Of a DNA stretch of 64,000 bases, positions 12,491 through 25,397 are shown in pieces. Under the pieces are notes generated by a model. That model was given only the letters and a program-made list of their open reading frames with translations, was not told the DNA's origin and searched no databases. The stretch covers positions 197,098,001-197,162,000 of the forward strand of contig OX597814.1 of the NCBI GenBank assembly GCA_951406725.2, read 5' to 3'. The stretch comes from Octopus vulgaris. Lineage: Eukaryota. A program made the translations under genes and the position numbers. Position 1 is the first letter of the stretch, and each line of letters starts with the position of its first letter.

Positions 12491-12927
12491 TGTCGACATT
12501 TTTTTCTTGCTGTCATCATTATAAACGATATTAACAAGCCCAATAAATAAATAAATAAGAACAAAAAAAAGAAAAATCAATAAAAACAACTTTCTGTAAA
12601 CCATTCCTGGTTCTACAAATTATATAGAATTCAGTGGATAACATCGGAAATAAGGTCGTTAGTGATAAATTAACCCCATTATCGTTAAACAGTCTGATTA
12701 GCTCTACACTTAAACTGTCATGTTATCGTGTCACTTTAAAAATTATATTAACGTCATGTTCAAACAGGAATATTAGCGTACCATTTATAGAGTCAGTTTC
12801 GTATTTTAGTGATGGAGTAGCAGTTTCGTTAACGTGTCGTTCACAACTTGTGTCTAATCAATGTCTTATAGCTCGGTAGTTTTTACCCATCTAGAAATAG
12901 ACAGGCGATGGTTTATTTTTTTTTTAA

Positions 12928-13140
12928 GGAGGTGATCTCGCGAAATCGCTAGCACACTAGGCATAGTGCTTAGCGGCATTTCGTCCGAAGGTACGTTCTG
13001 AGTTCAAATTCTGTCGGGTGGACTTTGCCTTTCATTTTTCGGAGTGGATAAAATAAATATCAGTTCAGCATTGGAATCAATGAAATCGTGTTAAGCCTTC
13101 CTTTGAAATTACTGGCATTGTAACACAACTTCAAACCAAT
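12928..13140 (+). mobile_element. SINE family B, diverged
   Basis: gcttagcggcatttcgtcc...gttctgagttcaaattc...gactttgcctttcat. Confidence 0.8.
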
Positions 13141-13444
13141 AATTTATTTATTGTTTACTCCGGGCCCCACGGAAATTGGAGTAAATGGTGGGTAGGAGGA
13201 AAGTTGTCTGAAAGTGGACATCTGGCTAGAATGCTTGTTATAGACTGGTCATCGCTAAAGAGGAACGAGACGTTTAGGCGCAGCTGTCTGGGAATCTGGC
13301 GTCTTTTGTCGAATGTACGTTTTAGCACTGGAGGCAAGTACACGCTACATATACACACGCGTACGGGCGTACGCATAGGAATATACTTGTAGAGATAGAA
13401 AGAGTGAGTGAGGGAGAGAGAGAGGTTATAAGTTATTAATTACG

Positions 13445-13690
13445 TTTTACATGTTTTAGTCATTAAACCGTGGCCATGCTGCAGCACCGCTCTAAAGAAT
13501 ATTTAGGTAAATGAATCGATCCCAGTATTTTTATTTGTGTTATGTACAATACGTAATTTATCAGTCTTTTTTGCCGAAAAATTAAGTTACGGAGATGTGA
13601 GCAAACCAACACCGGTACTCAAGCTATGATGGGGTCAAAAACACAGACACAAAGACAAGCATGCACGCACGCGCGCGCGTACACACACAA
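13445..13690 (-). mobile_element. SINE family A, diverged 3' half
   Basis: ggccatgctgcagcaccgc...atcgatcccagta...ttttgccgaa...acacagacac; a similar diverged copy lies at ~16640-16880. Confidence 0.75.
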
Positions 13691-14428
13691 ATGAAATAAT
13701 GGTGCTTATTTGATCGACTTATCTGCTGAGCCGTTAGTCTAGTTAAAAGCCTAAAGCATTTATCAAACGATAGAAGAAAGGAGGGTTTCCGCCATTACCA
13801 CCGTCCTAGACTACCACTTTATTTATTTATTTATCGACCTCGAAAATTAAAGTCGATCTCGTCGGGATTTGAACCCAACTCGTGACCTACCTCAATTGAA
13901 TTAACTCTTCTTCGCAGCCGGCGTTATTAAAATCAATAGGAGTTATATGTTAAGAACATTCATTTTGTTTCACTTCCACCATCTTAGTAAAATGCTGGAT
14001 AGAACTGCAAGTTGACTACATAGCATTTAAGTGTAACAACAGAACAGCGCTCACCATATTCATTGAAAATATTAAGATTTAACCTTCTACATTACAAATA
14101 GTAATCTTTGACTTCATCTCACTGGAGTCTATAAAATATGTGTAAAATATTGGATTTATTGCTATCGATTATATCTCTTCCGTATGAGAAGATATAACCA
14201 TTAGCGATATCCTAATACTAAGTGTGGTAATAGTAATAGCCGTGTCATACAGAAGCTTGCACAGCGTCTACGTGGTTTCGGAAGCATAGCCTCGAGATGA
14301 GTGCTATATCGACGAAGAACCTGCATAGAAAACATGTTGTGTGTATATAATACATACGCGGTGAGTTTATGTGTGTGTGTGTAACTATCTCTCTTTGTCT
14401 CTCTTTCTCTCTTCAAAATATATATGTA

Positions 14429-14429
<1 letters not shown>

Positions 14430-14468
<39 letters not shown>

Positions 14469-14510
14469 GTGTGTATATATATGTGTGTGTGTGTGTATAT
14501 ATATATGTGC

Positions 14511-14548
<38 letters not shown>

Positions 14549-14559
14549 ATATATATATA

Positions 14560-14595
<36 letters not shown>

Positions 14596-14621
14596 GTGTG
14601 TGTGTGTATATATATATGTGC

Positions 14622-14657
<36 letters not shown>

Positions 14658-14671
14658 ATATATATATGTGC

Positions 14672-14709
<38 letters not shown>

Positions 14710-14724
14710 ATATATATATGCATA

Positions 14725-14772
<48 letters not shown>

Positions 14773-14800
14773 GCATATATATATATATATATATGTTTGT
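14430..14800. repeat. Compound microsatellite with higher-order unit (TG)n(TA)n-TGTGCA-(TA)n
   Basis: About six variable-length units punctuated by gtgcat/atgcat. Confidence 0.9.
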
Positions 14801-16474
14801 GTATAAACATTATTTCTAAAACTTTCAAGGTGAGATGTTCAGTAACAGTTCTTTAAAGTAAAGGATATTTTCCACCATAATGTGGTTGTGCTGGACGGGA
14901 CAAATGTTATTGTTGTTTAGCCATAGGAAACATCGCTTCAAGTTGGCTATACGACGCAATATCTGTGTCTTATTCGAAAATATAAGGATACACATTGTGT
15001 CCTATAGCCAGCTGGAAACGGTGTTTCCTGGGGCTAAACTACAGCAACATTCGTCCCTTCCAGGACAGCAACATATATGTTGGAAATTTTTTATTTATAT
15101 ACCTACATGTGCACATATGTGAATCCATGGATATACATGTATTAGTGTGGCTATATTTGTGTATATTCATGTATATACTGCATTTCTTTTCATCGCCACT
15201 CATATTTACTTGGGCGTAATTATGAATGTATAACTTTAAATTTTCCTTATTTCTTGAGGCTGAAGTGCAACTTAACCTTCTGATAAATAGAATTCGATAC
15301 AAGATTTTCGAGACAAAATTATGAATTTGGGTTGGATATGAATAGCAAAATTCCATTAAAACCGTTGCTCAACATGGCCGTTGTTCAAAGACTGAAAAAA
15401 CCTAGCAATAACGAAATATTGCCTCTCTAACATATCATTCCTGTAAATCAGCCCAGCCCTAAATCATATGACTTAGCACCGTTCGTTCGTAAGTTTTTTA
15501 TAACATTGGTGAATGGTTTGTTTCTTTTGTCAACTTGCATGTTTCGAATTTCAAATAATATTTACGCTTCTAAATCTCTCCGCAATACCACTGCGCCAGA
15601 AATCTCTATAAGTTTAACAGGAATAATTTTATAGATTGTGTTATCAGTCAAACAGAAAACTATCTCTTTATTTGCATCATTAAAACGAACACCGTCTTCC
15701 GAACATATAAGATTACTCTATGAAATATTAACATTACCGATATTTCAACGGTTGATAGAAAGTGTTATAAATAAGAGAGCATTTCACAAATCCTTACGCA
15801 TTGTAACTCTTAACTGTAAGTTGCTGCCGGTTATGGCGCTGAATTGCCTTTACACATAGAGTTGTATAACCGAAAGGATTACAATAAAAGTTTTATCTGT
15901 AGAGGTAAATGTTAATATGTTTGTCTCAAGATGATTTTGATTCACAGGCGAAGCAAGATTCGGTGGAAGCCATGAATGAAAGAAATGCCCTCTTATAGAT
16001 GTCAACGGAAATAAAACGAAAATTACAATTCCATTTCTTCGATAAAACACAAACACTGCTTACAATCAACTTTATCCTTAAAATATCACTTATTCCTAGA
16101 GAAGTCAATACCAGCATTTTAAATTATAAAAACATTTCGAAATAGATAACACCTCTCTTAATATATTCCAGGAAACTAAAGTGAAACCCAAATCTTCCTA
16201 TCAGCTAAAGACTCTGCTTATTCTTAGAGAAATCTCATCTTGCATTACAAATCGTTGCGTCATTTCGAAAAATATATCATTTTTCTGAATAAACACATTT
16301 GACTAAATGCAGAATAAGACTAAACATGAACCTACATTTTCCTCGTATTGAAAATTTGATATTATTTATTAGATAATGGGTATAATTCAAACATCGATGT
16401 GTGGAAGAAGGAAGTTCTATATTTAGTTTTACTCTGGCTTTAGTCACGTAAGATAGCTACCTATGTACCACCAA

Positions 16475-16543
<69 letters not shown>

Positions 16544-16889
16544 CATTATTCACATTATTTCAAGATTTCTTTCCAATAGAGAAAGAACCGGTTTCTAAGC
16601 TAGATCCAAGTTTCCTTCATTGGAATTTCAACATCGGCATATTTTACTCATTTCGTTCATTAGACTACGGCCAAGCTGGGACACAGCCTTGAAGAAATTT
16701 TAGCCGAATGAATCGACCCCAGTAATAATTTCTTTTTAGCAGGTACTTATTCAAATGTTATGTCCTGGAGACGTAAACACACCAACACCGGTTGTAACGC
16801 TGTGGTAGGGAACAAACAGACTCACTCACACACATACAAATAAACACATACACACATAAATACTTACACCGACACACACACACCTATAT

Positions 16890-17045
16890 AGTTGAAATTT
16901 ACAGAAAAACAAAAGACGAAGACAGGCGTATAAACAACAAGCAGGTGTTATAGTTTGAAGCTCGGGAAGGTGAGAAAGTGTGTCATGTTTCGAACGTACG
17001 CTCTTCAACAGAAAGGAATACGAAGAAATAAACAGAGAGAAAAAA
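16890..17045 (-). mobile_element. Family-E repeat (copy 3), degenerate hammerhead-like motif
   Basis: Minus strand TTT-CTGTTGA-A-GAGC-GTAC-GTTC-GAAAC-ATG; flanks homologous to 415-558. Confidence 0.6.
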
Positions 17046-17260
17046 TGTCTACCCTCACGCCTTATATATTTATATATCTATATCTATATATCTATTCTTG
17101 TTAACTAGCTTCCTGAAGATTTCTCTTGAATGAAACAGTTCTAGTCCTGTAGAAGCTCCTTCTATATAATAAATTAATTTTACTCTGCTATGTATTGAGT
17201 ACCTTATTTACTGTGGTTAACCCCGAATCAACCCGGGACCTACATATCTATCTGTCTATA

Positions 17261-17306
<46 letters not shown>

Positions 17307-18438
17307 CACACACACGACGGGCTTCATTCAGTTTCTGTCTCGTAAATCTTATCACAAGGCTTTGGTCGGATCGAGAAAATGATTGAAGACACTCGTACCA
17401 CACAATAGGATTGAACCTGCAACCACATGTTTGCGAAGTAAACGTCTTATCACTGAACCGCACCTATATATAAGCAAAATTAAAGAACCATATCTTTAGT
17501 GTACGGCTTCGTTTTTTTTTTATTTATACCACATAAACTCCAAATGACTTCCAAAATCTAAAAAGCTATTAGGCAGTATGTATATATTGTACATTCTATG
17601 ACTGTGAATGTTACTCTATTGCTGGTATAATGCTCTGCTATTTCATTGTCTACATATACAAAACTAGGTGTGCATTGTATAAATTTCCTTATGCAACTCT
17701 ACCCTCCATCAGAGCCCATTCGTTGCTGGTGAATTATACATTTAGTCAAACTTGTTCTATTATAGCTTCTAAGCTCTGAACCAACGTGACATGCGGAGAG
17801 CTTCATTCCAAGTTAAACTGTCCTGCGGAAATCATTTACTTAGTTTGTGTTCACACAATGAATGCATTAAAACTCACCATTGACTTCTATCCTTACAGAA
17901 CCACATGAAGCCATTCTTCCCAGTGGCTAACGCTGTCAATGTTAAATATCTATTATTTTCTTAAGGAAAGTGGGAAATATAAGAAAGCATATAACTGACG
18001 AACACAGAATTGTATCTGAAGAGATTTCAAAAACAATAACATATAAACGAAGGACTATTCATTGCATAATACAGAATAATACAGATACACCAAAAACCTA
18101 TGAAATTTAATGACAAAATATCTTTGTCAGAGAACTGCATTTCAGTATTAATGAACACAAAGTGACAATTCTAATTAAAATATAACGTATCTGGGCTTTC
18201 TAAATTAATTACCTCATAATAATTATCATCTTTCAAGAAGGAACAATTAACATATTTAAATTTCGAAGTTTCACATAAAGTGGTACGTTTAGTGCCAATA
18301 ACAGTGGTAAATGATAAGCAGAGAGTGTATAACCAATATTAACATAGGATTTGTGACTTGTAAACTTGGTATATTTTATAGGGTATTTCTCAGAAAAGCA
18401 TAGTATATACAGCACATTCTCACACACACACTCACAAA

Positions 18439-18470
<32 letters not shown>

Positions 18471-18480
18471 TACACACACG

Positions 18481-18534
<54 letters not shown>

Positions 18535-18537
<3 letters not shown>

Positions 18538-18700
18538 GCACATTTGTGGCTGTGTTGTAAGACGTTTGCTTCCCAAACAGATAGTTGCAGGTTCAGTCTC
18601 TCAACGTGGCATCTTGGGGAGGTATGTTCAATAGTAGCCTCGTGTCGACCAAGGCCTTTGAGTGGATTTGGTAGACAAAAACTTGAAGAACTTCGTAGTA
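18535..18700 (+). mobile_element. SINE family A, 5' half
   Basis: gtggctgtgttgtaaga...ggttcagtc...gaccaaggcctttgagtggatttggtagac; an opposite-strand 5' half lies at ~17305-17465. Confidence 0.8.
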
Positions 18701-19501
18701 CATGTGAGTGCGTGAGTGTGTGGGTTCCTGGATGTGCCTGTGTGGTTATACATAAATAATTACACAGATATACAAAATAGCATACATACACACATACGTA
18801 AGAATGTGTGTGTTTCTAAATATACATAGTAATACATAATGTTTGTGATAATGTAAGTTTTTACACATTGTTGTACATATGTACACATATAGGTGTAGAA
18901 ACACACATACACACACACAACACACAACACGCATGCACACATATACCAATAAATGGATAGTTTGTATTACGTATATATTTTAAAATAAATATGGAAATAT
19001 GTAAGTTTATATTGTATATTACATAATATAGATTTAATATATAACATATATACGTGCATATGTGCATACAAATATATATATATATATATATTCATATCAT
19101 ATGACTGTATTGCGATTCTCACAATTCCCCGAATTTATTAATTGCATTTTTCTCATTAGTAAAACTTCCGCATCTCCCAAGAATTACGAGGCAGGTTTCT
19201 CGATGCCGACCAAATACCAAACAAATCTCCAACAATTCCCTTGACATTTAAACCAAAAATATGACATATACCATGATGATATTATTATTATGTAACATTT
19301 GCGAAGTTTTTCAAGGAAGAAAACTGGAAAAATATTTGAATTGCTATAAATATGCATGATTTATTAACGGATGCAATCCATACGTAAGGACATATGTGTG
19401 TGTGTGGGGGGGATTGGATACATAGAGAAATAGATACATATACACATACCATAACGTGTATATATACATACATACATACACATGTATGTGCATATATATG
19501 C

Positions 19502-19542
<41 letters not shown>

Positions 19543-19544
<2 letters not shown>

Positions 19545-19615
19545 GGAGACGCAAAGGCCCAGTGATTAGTGCAGCGGACTCGCGGACGTAGAATCGCAGT
19601 TTCTATTCCCAGACC
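19543..19615 (+). mobile_element. SINE family C head fragment
   Basis: ggagacgcaaaggcccagtgattagtgcagcggactcgcgg...tttctattcccagaccg matches the 63460 and 33339 heads. Confidence 0.8.
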
Positions 19616-19642
19616 GTGTGTGTGTGTGTGTAAACACGCATA

Positions 19643-20032
19643 TCTCTCTCTATATAAACGGCAGTTTGTCTGTGTGTGTTTCTGTGTGTCTGTCAGGTTG
19701 TACTCTCACCCTGACCACGGCTTTCAACCGATTCTGATGAAACTTGACACACACATAGCCCAATGTCATAATTCAAAACTAACGCAGCGAAAATTTTGAA
19801 AAGTTCCCCCAGTTCTGAAAAAAATCGATAAATTCGACATGGGGTCGAGAATCAGAAACCCAAACCACAGACCGTCTAGGGGACGCAACTCCACCTTTTT
19901 TAACTCTCAAAAAAAAAAAATTTACCATAATTCTTTTTCCATTTTTTTGCTATTTTTTTGGCTATAACTCTCTAAAAATGCTTTATAGTTATTTCCCTTA
20001 CAAACCTGAGCAACGCCGGGCGATACTGCTAG
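19643..20032 (+). mobile_element. Non-autonomous Helitron-like element
   Basis: A|TC start (a-tctctctctatataaa), internal tgtctg/tgtg tract and ccgattctgatgaaactt, subterminal GC-rich hairpin cctgagcaacgccggg (20005-20020), CTAG|T end; no TSD. Confidence 0.85.
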
Positions 20033-20129
20033 TTCTTTATATATCTACAATCAGCGAAACAGACCTATTTATGGGTGCGTACACCTATTTTCTCTCTAAG
20101 TATGCTTTTAATGTTGGTTCCAAATTAAG

Positions 20130-20667
20130 TCGGCGAGCTGGCAGAAACGTTAAATTAAGTACCAGTGGCGTACTGAGATCGATCTAATCGACTGGCTCCC
20201 TTCCCCATCATTTCAAGACTTGTGGCTAGAGTAGAAAGAAATATTGGTTTCAAATTTTAGCAGAAGGGCAGCAGGTTCGGGGAAGGGTCTAAGTCCATTA
20301 TAACGACCTCATTGATCAACTGATGCTTATTTTATCGGCACCAAAAGAATAAAAGGCTAAGTCGACCTCGGCTTAGGTAAAGACGGACAAAATGCCAACC
20401 GTGTGCTAAAGAATCAGCCAGCTCGCCCCCTTTTTTTTAAATAGTTTTATCATTAGTTGCAAATTTGTGGCACAAGGCCAGAAAGTTTGTGTGAGATATA
20501 AATCGATTACATCGACCCCAGTGTTCAATTGATACATAATATTATTGATCCTAGAAGTATGAAAGGCAAATTTGAACCATATAACATATGAACGCAGAAG
20601 TAGAGACGGACGAAATCCCATTAAGCATTTTGACTGGTGTTTTAACTATCCACCCAAGTGGCCACCT
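20130..20667. mobile_element. Cluster of three diverged or deleted family-B SINEs (+, -, -)
   Basis: cggcgagctggcagaaacgtta (20130, +, internally deleted); minus copies at ~20245-20428 and ~20455-20667. Confidence 0.75.
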
Positions 20668-21478
20668 TGTATTCTTTTCATGTTAGTTCCAAATCTCAAA
20701 GGTCTGAGCAAATACCGTGATTTTTTCTGTATGACCGTCTATCTTGGTATACTCTTAATATTAACATGAAAAATATTGTTGAAGGAAAATTTATTTCATC
20801 TATATCATGTATGTACATAATAAGTATATTTACATCAAGTTCCGATTTACAGCATTTAATTAAAATTAAAATTAAACCACGACAACACACAGGCGTAAAC
20901 CTAAGATTTAAGATTTTTGATTTTAAAATATTATTTCAGGCCACTGTATTTACGTACTACCCTGTAAATCCCTCATTTACTGTCCATAATGGGAGCGTAT
21001 AATATCGTATACAGATGTTAACGATTGCTTCTTGTAACTTGCGAATTTAATTAATATATTTAATTGGTTTACTAACGTAGCAACAGCCACACTCCTCGGG
21101 GATAAACTAAAATAATCTATAGTATGAAAATTAGATGTTGTCATCTCATCAGAAATTTGCGTGCGGATGCATATATATATATATATATATATGTGTGTAT
21201 ATATGTGTATGTATGTATGTATGTATGTGTGTGTGTTTTAGTGTATTATATGCATGTATGTGTATGTGGGTGCCTGTTTGTGTATTCGTGTGTGTTAGTA
21301 TGTTCCCGTGCATGTATATGTTTGTATGGACGCATATACATAGACAGATAAATAGAGAGATATGTACATGTACATATGTGTGTGTTGCCGAATTTACGTA
21401 TATATTCATATGTATATATTTATGCAAGCGTACACACATAAGCGTGTGTGTAGAAAGAGAGAGAGGGGGCAGAGAATT

Positions 21479-21515
<37 letters not shown>

Positions 21516-22103
21516 CTTATATATAGATGGTTATATAGATGGGTAAATAGATGGATAAATAAATAGATAGATAGATAGATAGATGGATAAATCGATGGGT
21601 AGATAGATAGATACTCAAATTCCCATTTCGAACTTATGTTGAGTTAATTAACAGTAATTAATTCATCTAATACCCATTCTACTGATCCAGAATATATTAC
21701 GGCCAAATTTAATTCTAAGCATTGTTATTACCATCTCCGTTTTCCTCAACAACTTTATCGAATACACTGATCTCCAGAAAGTGATATCATTTTCGAAATC
21801 CATGATTTGGGTCTTGTCTCTGTTTTCTGAATAATTGTATCGTATCACTTTAAAGATTTCTGACATATGCTTCCATAATATTGTACAAGTTGGTATTTAA
21901 GTGGCGAAAGGTTAAGAGGATTGATGTTTAGATCTTGGTAAGGTTCTGTTGCTGCAATTCATTATTTGTCAGAGATTTCTCTATGAATATTACGATACCA
22001 AATAAGTGAGATATTTGATATGGATTAAGTTGGGTAGAAAATCGTTATTCGCGATAGAGGCACTAATAGTTTAAAATAGCATTATACGTATCTAACTTAA
22101 TGT

Positions 22104-22155
<52 letters not shown>

Positions 22156-22613
22156 AGGTGCGACACTACGGTATTCGTCGTGAGAAAGCATCTCACACGG
22201 ACGTATAGTGTTAAAAAGCACAGAAGTGAATCGTATTAATATTTGATATCTATTTTCGCTTCATTTTCATAAGAATTCCAATTATGGGTATTCCTTGGTT
22301 CACGTATTGAAACATAAAGAATGCGGAACCATATTATTTGAGGCGTAATCCGTCAGCGTCTTGCCATTAATGTATTTCTGTGTTAACGAAATATGTATTT
22401 GATTGGAAGATTAGAGAGAACACTAATCTGTCAGTGGAAACTATTAAATTATGTTAGCTTAATCCGTTTTTACAGGTGATTTCATACAGCTGTAGTGTTT
22501 TTAATCATCATCTGCAAATACGTGTAAAGTTGGGATGTACACGCACATTCTCACGCCGCTCCCCAACATGCATATATACATACATATACATATTTGTGTG
22601 TGTATGTATATAT

Positions 22614-22823
22614 ACTCTTTTGCTCTTTTGCTCTTTTGCTTGTTTCAGTCATTTGACTGCGGCCATGCTGGAGCACCGCCTTTAGTCGAGCAAATCGACC
22701 CCGGGACTTATTCTTTGTAAGCCCAGTACATATTCTATCGGTCGCTTTTGCCGAACCGCTAAGTCACGGGGACGTAAACACACCAGCATCGGTTGTCAAG
22801 CAATGCTAGGGGGACAAACACAG

Positions 22824-22854
<31 letters not shown>

Positions 22855-23025
22855 CATATATACGACGGGCTTCTTTCAGTTTCCGTCTACCAAATCCACT
22901 CACAAGGCATTGGTCGGCCCAGGGCTATAGCAGAAGACACTTGCCCAAGATGCCACGCAGTGGGACTGAACCCGGAACCATGTGGTTGGTAAGCAAGCTA
23001 CTTACCACACAGCCACTCCTGCGCC

Positions 23026-23026
<1 letters not shown>
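22614..23026 (-). mobile_element. SINE family A, near-consensus full-length copy
   Basis: Minus strand AGGCGCAGGAGTGGCTGTGTGGTAAG...GGTTCAGTCCC...tail AAAAGAG repeats; 5' end abuts (TA)n. Confidence 0.95.
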
Positions 23027-23077
<51 letters not shown>

Positions 23078-23205
23078 CGGTGTACATTTAGACGCATAAG
23101 GAATCCACTCGTGGCATTCAACACGCTAGAAAAAACAGCTACGCTCTATAACCACAAAATTAGGGATAAAATCCGACAGGAACGAAATGAAAAAATAAAA
23201 ACATT

Positions 23206-24140
23206 TTACCATCCTCTGCAACTCTCCTGAGCGATTTCCTTGTTTAAGTTGGTTAATGCTGCCATAATCCTAGACTGCAGTTCATCTTTGGTATTAAAAG
23301 GAGTTTTGTTGGTCTCTCGCCCAGCTGCACCCCACATATAATAATCAAGGGCGGTTGCAATCGGGGGAGTTAGGTGGCCAGATGTTAGGGATGATGTGGT
23401 CACAGAACTTGTCTGACAACCATGACTGAGTTCGAGGCATGGTGCAGGGTCTTGTTGCCAGACGTAGAACCTTCCAGAAGCCATACTCTTGAGCCAGGGC
23501 AGCTCTACTTTCTCCAGGTACTTGATATGGGCCTCCGTGTTGAGTCTGAGACCGTGTGGGAAGAGGAATGGAGGCATAACATCGCCATCCCTAGTGATCA
23601 CTCCAAGCACAATGATATTGACTGGGTATTTGATTTTTATCACTCTCGGTACATGTTTTGGGAACATGGAAAACCAACGATTGTTCTGTGTGTTTACCAT
23701 CTGATCCTGGCAGAAATGTTTCGGTTGGAGATGCTTGAGTTTAATGAAAAGCTTCATAGTACAGTCTTTCCTCTTGTCTTTGATAACTTGGGATAATAAT
23801 TGGCCCTTTCTTATCTTGCACGAGGAATACGGAATAATAACTTCTAGCACTACCTGCCTGATAAGAAACTCAGACACTCCCATGTCCCTGGTGATGGATG
23901 TGATTGCCTGGTAGGGATCGTTGTCAATCATGGTAAACAAATTCAGGTGTTCTTTTATGATCATAATGATCAGATTGGGTTTTCTGAGCTACCGCACATT
24001 CGTAATAAGCATTAAATTCATCCAACTCTTTCCAAATGCTCTGCACTCTCGTCAGATTGACGTGAAAACACTCTGAAACATTCGTATTGGAGCTTCCAGC
24101 GCGAATGCCAAGCAGTACAGCATGTGGTTTCCATATCTCT
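23206..24140 (-). pseudogene. Frameshifted DDD transposase
   Basis: HTH-like N-terminus (FHVNLTRVQSIWKEL; SITRDMGVSEFLIRQVV), NTQNNRW, GDVMPPFLFPHGLRLN, YVWQQDPAPC, and IWPPNSPDCN...LDYYMWG across frameshifts; the first catalytic FSDEK motif is deleted. Confidence 0.9.
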
Positions 24141-24284
24141 GGCAGAGTGAATTGCATCATAGTGCTGTTTTTTTTCACAGACGATTCCTAACTGTCTACT
24201 GTGTAGTCGACAAAATAAAAAAAAAAAACAATACGCATGCGTGGAATTAAAAATATGAAATGGTGACAATTTACCCATCACACA

Positions 24285-24287
<3 letters not shown>
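23206..24287 (-). mobile_element. Decayed Tc1/mariner DNA transposon (DD37D/maT-like), 3' end missing
   Basis: Probable 5' terminus TA|CAGTGTGTGATGGGTAAATTGTCACC at 24287; no matching second TIR found. Confidence 0.8.
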
Positions 24288-24322
<35 letters not shown>

Positions 24323-24965
24323 GCAGTGTGCATATCTAATATATAATATATAATTGTATACAATATCTAATATATAATTCCCCCAACAAGGTTTCACTCA
24401 CCTTCAAAGCCAAAATACCATCGACTGAAAATAATTTTATGAAAGAAAAGGCGGCCCCCAAAATATATGAGTGTTCTAGGTAGAAATCACGAAATTACTA
24501 CATGGCGGGCTACATAACTGAGTTATGTAAACCACTGGTAACGCACAGAGACAAATATGGTTTAGGCAGACTCATTTTATCCACATTTTCTGCGCGATTT
24601 CACTGAAAAATTTATATATGCTTTGAATAGGAAAAACATATAAAGTGGTGGAAAAAATATAAAAAAAAATATACGTTGTGTTGATTAAAGAAAAAAATCA
24701 CATAACAAATGTATTAATAATGTTAAACTCTATTGTATTTGAAGTAAACTTAAAATCTGTTCATTTTTTTTTTTTTTTTTCAAAATATGATTTACATATT
24801 TTTTTTCCTTTTTTTATCTGTTAACAAAAATTCATAAATATTTTCTATTATCCTTAACAATTTTCATAAATCTGTCAATTTAAATTTCTGAACAACTTTA
24901 CTGTGAATGAAACAAAATTTCTGAAACACACCGATTTGTATTTATGGGGAGGGGATGGGGCGAAT

Positions 24966-25191
24966 TTTTATCGTTTTCTTTCTCCAGTAGTTGGGCCGTG
25001 GCCATGCTGGGGCATTACCTTGAAAGATTTAGTCGAATACATCGACCGCACTTCTATATTCTTTTTGTGTTTGTATGTTCGATACTGATTCTACTTAAAC
25101 CTCTTGCCGAATCGCTAAGTTACGCGGACGGAAACAAACAAGTACCTGCTGTCAAGCAGTGGTGCGTGCCAGACACAACACAAAGACAGAA

Positions 25192-25229
<38 letters not shown>

Positions 25230-25397
25230 CATACGGCGGGTTTGTTTGAGTTTTCGTAAACAATATCCAGTCACAAGGCTCTGTTTGGCCCGGGGCTCTA
25301 GCTAAGCACACTTGCCCAAAGTACCGCACAACGAGAAATTAACCAAAGACTACATGCTGGGAAGCAGGGTTCTTACCCACACAATCACACATGCGTT
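24966..25397 (-). mobile_element. SINE family A, strongly diverged full-length copy
   Basis: Colinear with 22614-23026. Confidence 0.8.

Noticed and set aside
14201-14856. YI/CV/HT-repeat ORFs here and throughout the window
   Set aside because: Stop-free dinucleotide microsatellite frames.
19734-19750. CTGATGA as a hammerhead core (also at ~49056 and ~58753)
   Set aside because: No stem II plus GAAA arrangement follows; the first is part of the Helitron internal motif.
22803-23075. Recurrent peptide RRASFSFRLPNPLTRLWS...SGTEPGTMW in many ORFs, resembling a gene family
   Set aside because: Antisense translation of SINE family A; copies carry frameshifts and lack gene structure.
23076-23205. 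3' TIR of the DD37D element
   Set aside because: tacggtgtacatttagacg does not match the reverse complement of the 24287 terminus.
23422-23796. 124-aa plus-strand ORF
   Set aside because: Antisense shadow of the transposase pseudogene.
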